Below are positions 60,243-64,000 of a stretch of 64,000 nt of DNA, one piece after another (position 1 is the first letter of the stretch; every line of letters starts with the position of its first letter). The notes under the pieces were generated by a model. It was not told where the DNA came from. It worked only from the letters and a program-made list of their open reading frames with translations, and searched no databases. The stretch is from Azolla caroliniana (Eukaryota > Plantae > Polypodiophyta), in contig JBHGNT010000018.1 in NCBI GenBank assembly GCA_043228905.1, positions 6,138,001 through 6,202,000 of the forward strand, given 5' to 3'. The position numbers and the translations under genes were made by a program.

Positions 60243-60539
60243 GGTTCGTGCCGAAGGTAGTGCTGTCCACGATGTGCTTCTGAGTGCTCGAAAATTGGCC
60301 TGTGCTCTGAGCTCGATGGATTCTTTCACGTGATAATGAAAATGAAATTTCTAACCTCCTTATATAGAAGACTTTAGCATTCTTTTTAAAATAAAAAATA
60401 AATTTTAATTATTTGTTTTTTAGGAAAATTTCGGAAAATAATATAGTTAATCTAAGTGTTCGGGTAGTTATATAGTTAGGCTTTAGCATTCCTTAATTTT
60501 CTCAAAAGAAGGTTTTAGAATACAGTTAGACTCCCTCAA
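60243..60539. promoter_or_regulatory. Putative ~300-bp bidirectional promoter between the MTase and transposase genes
   Basis: AT-rich spacer between divergent ATGs; TATA-like CTATATAAG on the minus strand (~60360-60368) and TATATA on the plus strand (~60469). Confidence 0.45.
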
Positions 60540-61950
60540 ATGTCTTCTTCTACAAGTAGAACATCTCTTTTTTCTATTGCCCCCTTTTCATTGTCAGATA
60601 ACTCGTATTTCTCAATAGAAGAGTATGACCACAAAAAACATTCGCGGCTTAAACAGAAAAGTGTGGCTCCTAGTACTTCGAATTCTCTGTTTTCAATTGA
60701 TCCTGTTGATGGCCCTCTTCATGCAAGCTTACAAGCGGACGATTCTTCGTCGATAGATAACAATAGCATTACTAAACCTCTAGCATTTAAAAGAGTTCCT
60801 CGACAAGTTAGTGAAAAGAGATTTAATTTCTTATGTTCTGATCGTCAACTTCTATGCGACTTGAACAAATCGTGTTGTGCGAATATCTGTCTATCAACTT
60901 ATGGAAAGTCAAGGTTACGTGAAACACGACAAAAATACTTGTCGCTTAATGGGGAAGAGCAAGATACATTTCTTCTTGCGCATATGCAACTTAAATTGGA
61001 TCACAAAGCAGGGCCTAATGCAACGCAAGTTGAATATTTCCTTGGACTATATACCAAGTGTTGTCGAGCAGCTTTTAAAATCACTCATAGCATTGGAAAT
61101 ATGCGGTTGCAACGAGTTCAAGAGCGACTTGTGAAGGGCTCCTGGGTACAGTTCGATCAAAATGGTTCTGGATGTAAGGGTCAAATTGGGCAACAGGCAA
61201 TTAGGTGGATGGAGGTATATTTTTCAAAACAGTGCGAAGTTATGCCAACGACAGGAAGACTTCATTTGTCAGATAACTTTACTCGAAGGGAAGTTTACCA
61301 ATCGTACAAGGACGACATGTCTTCCGATGTTGAGCCTTACATACAGTACATGCATTTTAATCGACTATGGAGGTTACAATTTAATAACGTGGTTATCCCA
61401 CGAAAGGTGCGAATGGGAGTCTGCTCAATATGTGCGAGTTTAAAAAGTATGGCCAAGGGTGGAAAATCATATGTAGAGATCAAGAATTACAAGAACCTGT
61501 TAAAAGAACATCGTGAAAGTCAGGCATTGGAACGTACTAAGGCTATGCATCACCGACAAAAAGCGTTTCAATCTCCCGAAAAGTATATGTGCATGATTAT
61601 TGACGGCATGGATCAAAAGAAAACTTGTTTGCCGCATTTTCAAAGACTCCCCAAGGATATTGGAGATGAGTGTCTCGTGCAAATGCATCTAGTGGGTTGT
61701 TTGACATACTGTCAAACTATAAGACCGCAAGTGTTCTTAACTTATCCCAATATCCACAACGACCCTAATCTTACTGTCACTGTCATGCACAGGGTATTGC
61801 AATCATGGTCAGGTATACTCCCGCCAGTTCTATATGTGCAACTAGACAACACAGCAAGAGAGAATAAGAACTCAACTGTCTTCGGCTATCTAAGCATGCT
61901 AGTAGAGAGGGGCATATTTAAAAAGATAAAGGTTAACTTCTTGTTGGTTG
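60540..61950 (+). CDS. Sola-like DDE transposase, N-terminal ~470 aa, interrupted by Copia at FLLV|G
   Basis: CC..C, CCRAAF and CSIC...H clusters; IIDGMDQKKTCLP; LYVQLDNTARENKN; KVNFLLV(G). This D...DN..xNKN...FLxxGH layout is what I associate with Sola-type transposases. The last ~22 aa of the listed ORF are LTR-derived. Confidence 0.75.
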
Positions 61951-62038
61951 TGTTGGAGACAAGGTCGTCTATGCGGAAGATCAAGAAGCATACGATTCTG
62001 TTCTGTACCTGCGTATGACAGTTTCTAGGTCGTTGCAC

Positions 62039-62077
<39 letters not shown>

Positions 62078-64000
62078 CACAAAACGACTCTTTCTATTCC
62101 ATAAAGCAATAATGCAACCCAACCTTACAAAAAGGTTACAAGGTCACTATATATAGTGACAGACTTAGGGCATCTACCATTTATGCTAATTACACAAATG
62201 GCCCAAACTTGATCTATACAAAGGGATAGTGTGAATACGTCCATTATACACTTGTATTCGACACTCCCCCGTAATGGGTGTATACATGGGTTATCTAAGA
62301 TTACAGGCATAAACCTAGGTTCTCGGACATATCAGTTTTGTTCGAGTCGGCAGGGTCCGAAGGCAGAAGACCGAACTGGTCGGGTCGGAAGAGTTGAAGC
62401 CGATCATTAAGGAACTGATGTCGGTTGTCAGAAACCATCCTGCGATGTGTCCGGCTCTAACCGGATTGGTTTGTCGTTACGCCCATCTGATGCCGAAGGG
62501 ACCGAAAGCGGTCTGCCGAAAGACACTTGGTCATTCCATCTGCGACATTGTCGGTTGTGGATATTTTCTCTAGACCGATTTTCCCTGAAATGACGCAGTC
62601 CCGAACGAAGTGATATCGAACGTCGATATGTTTGGAGGCGTTGTGGTGAACCGGATTTTTCGACAAGGCAACAGCACCTTGACTGTCGCTATAGACAACT
62701 GGGGCCGAGTCATGATCGACTTGTCGAAACGTGTGCGCCAGCCGGCCGAGCCACAAAGCTTCTTTTGCAGCGTCGGACGCAGCTACATATTCTGCTTCGG
62801 TCGTTGAGGTCGTTGTGCACTCCTGAAGTTTCGACTTCCACGAAATTGCTCCATTGCCGAATTTGAAGCAGTATCCAGTTGTTGATTTCCGACTATCTAT
62901 ACAGCCGGCGAAGTCCGAGTCGGTGTAACCGACTACGCCTGTAGTTGAGTTCGGACCGAAAAGAATGCCGTGGTCTTTTGTGCCAGCCAGATATTTGAAC
63001 ACATGCTTGACTGCGTTCCAATGCGATCGGCCAGGATTGTGCATAAATCTGCTAACGACTCCTACGGCATGAGAAATATCAGGCCGTGTCGCGACCATCA
63101 GGTACATAAGGGAGCCGACTGCCGGTGCATACGGTACCGACTTCATATCTTCCCCCTCCGGACCGGATGTCGGGCAGTCTCGCTGAGAGAGCCGAAGATT
63201 CATGGGGAGCGGGGTTGAAGCAGATTTGGCTGATTGCATGTTGAAGCGTTCCAAGACACGTCCAATATAGTCGGTCTGAGACAAAAAAAGATGTCGTTGA
63301 TCGCGATGCCGACTAATCTTCATGCCAAGTATGTGTCGTGCCGGACCGAGGTCCTTCATGGCAAACTTCAACCGCAGTTGCCGAATGAGATCGGCAAGTT
63401 CGCCCGCGTGGCGTCCAGAAATTAGCATGTCGTCCACGTAAATGATGAGGAAGATGGGTGATCCATCTTGAGCTGTGTTGGTAAAAAAACAATGGTCCTC
63501 ATCGCTTTTTGAGAAGCCGATCGATTGGATGAAGTCGTCGAACTTCTTGTACCATTGTCGCGGTGCCTGTTTGAGGCCGTATAGACTCTTCCTGAGTCGG
63601 CAGACTAGATGTTCTTGGCCAGTTGCCACGAAGCCTTTTGGCTGCTCCATATAAATTTCCTCTTCAAGATCACCATGGAGGAATGCTGTTTTGACATCTA
63701 GCTGAATCAGCTCCAAGTTGTCGGCTGCCACTACGCCGAGTAGAAAACGAAGGGTTGTCATTTTCACCACTGGTGAAAAAATCTCGTCGAAGTCGACGCC
63801 ATATTCTTGTCGGAAGCCCTTCGCGACTAATCTGGCCTTGTACTTTGGGGTGGTCGAATCAGACGTCTCTTTTAGTCGATAAACCCACTTGCAAGGAAGA
63901 GCACGTCGGTTCCTAGGTAATTCGACCAGATCCCAAGTCTTGTTTGCCCGAATGGAGTGCATTTCCGACTCCATCGCCAGATGCCAGGTGGCTGAATCGA
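61951..64000 (-). mobile_element. 3' part of a second copy of the young Copia family at 27580-33081
   Basis: 3' LTR 61951-62263 and PPT 62264-62272; internal sequence nearly identical to 31050-32779. Confidence 0.96.
62457..64000 (-). CDS. Copia Pol C-terminus (RT, RNase H), open to the window edge
   Basis: 505-aa ORF with IYVDDML, YTDSDFAG and KHIDVRYHF; differs from the 28573-32586 protein at about ten residues. Confidence 0.95.
   Translation of the reverse strand, partial: DSATWHLAMESEMHSIRANKTWDLVELPRNRRALPCKWVYRLKETSDSTTPKYKARLVAKGFRQEYGVDFDEIFSPVVKMTTLRFLLGVVAADNLELIQLDVKTAFLHGDLEEEIYMEQPKGFVATGQEHLVCRLRKSLYGLKQAPRQWYKKFDDFIQSIGFSKSDEDHCFFTNTAQDGSPIFLIIYVDDMLISGRHAGELADLIRQLRLKFAMKDLGPARHILGMKISRHRDQRHLFLSQTDYIGRVLERFNMQSAKSASTPLPMNLRLSQRDCPTSGPEGEDMKSVPYAPAVGSLMYLMVATRPDISHAVGVVSRFMHNPGRSHWNAVKHVFKYLAGTKDHGILFGPNSTTGVVGYTDSDFAGCIDSRKSTTGYCFKFGNGAISWKSKLQECTTTSTTEAEYVAASDAAKEALWLGRLAHTFRQVDHDSAPVVYSDSQGAVALSKNPVHHNASKHIDVRYHFVRDCVISGKIGLEKISTTDNVADGMTKCLSADRFRSLRHQMGVTTNQSG

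Larger units (their letters stand above)
55894..61950 (+). mobile_element. Putative Sola-like DNA transposon carrying a ParB-methyltransferase gene; right end lies outside the window
   Basis: Begins abruptly in the middle of the old Copia integrase frame (…CTTGCCTAT|AACACCGGGTC…) and contains two divergent genes, one a DDE transposase. The second TIR and TSD are not visible. Confidence 0.7.

Noticed and set aside
56657-62018. Bacterial contamination or a restriction-modification operon
   Set aside because: The MTase has five phase-consistent spliceosomal introns, is flanked by plant retrotransposons, and no restriction endonuclease is evident.

Overview
Eukaryotic, almost certainly land-plant DNA (plant-type tRNA-Leu, iMet/Trp primer-binding sites, GT-AG introns). 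About 95% of the window is a nest of transposable elements; the only host gene is the 5' end of a minus-strand gene at 1-168. From left to right: a decayed Mutator-like element; a LINE fragment; several Ty1/Copia elements (one intact, with near-identical LTRs); a tandem array of ~330-bp units carrying tRNA-Leu(UAG); a young Gag-only Ty3/Gypsy element; a hAT > Gypsy > Copia triple nest; a chromovirus remnant; and a nearly full-length microsatellite-flanked RTE/RTEX-like LINE. The most unusual feature is at 55.9-62 kb. An insertion there carries a Sola-like DDE transposase and, divergently, a six-exon gene (manual model, ~968 aa, two in-frame TAG codons) that fuses a ParB-like domain to a bacterial-type beta-class amino (N6-A/N4-C) DNA methyltransferase. 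Two tandem ~43-bp palindromes lie in its first intron. All calls come from reading motifs and junctions by eye; no database search was run, and family names are provisional.
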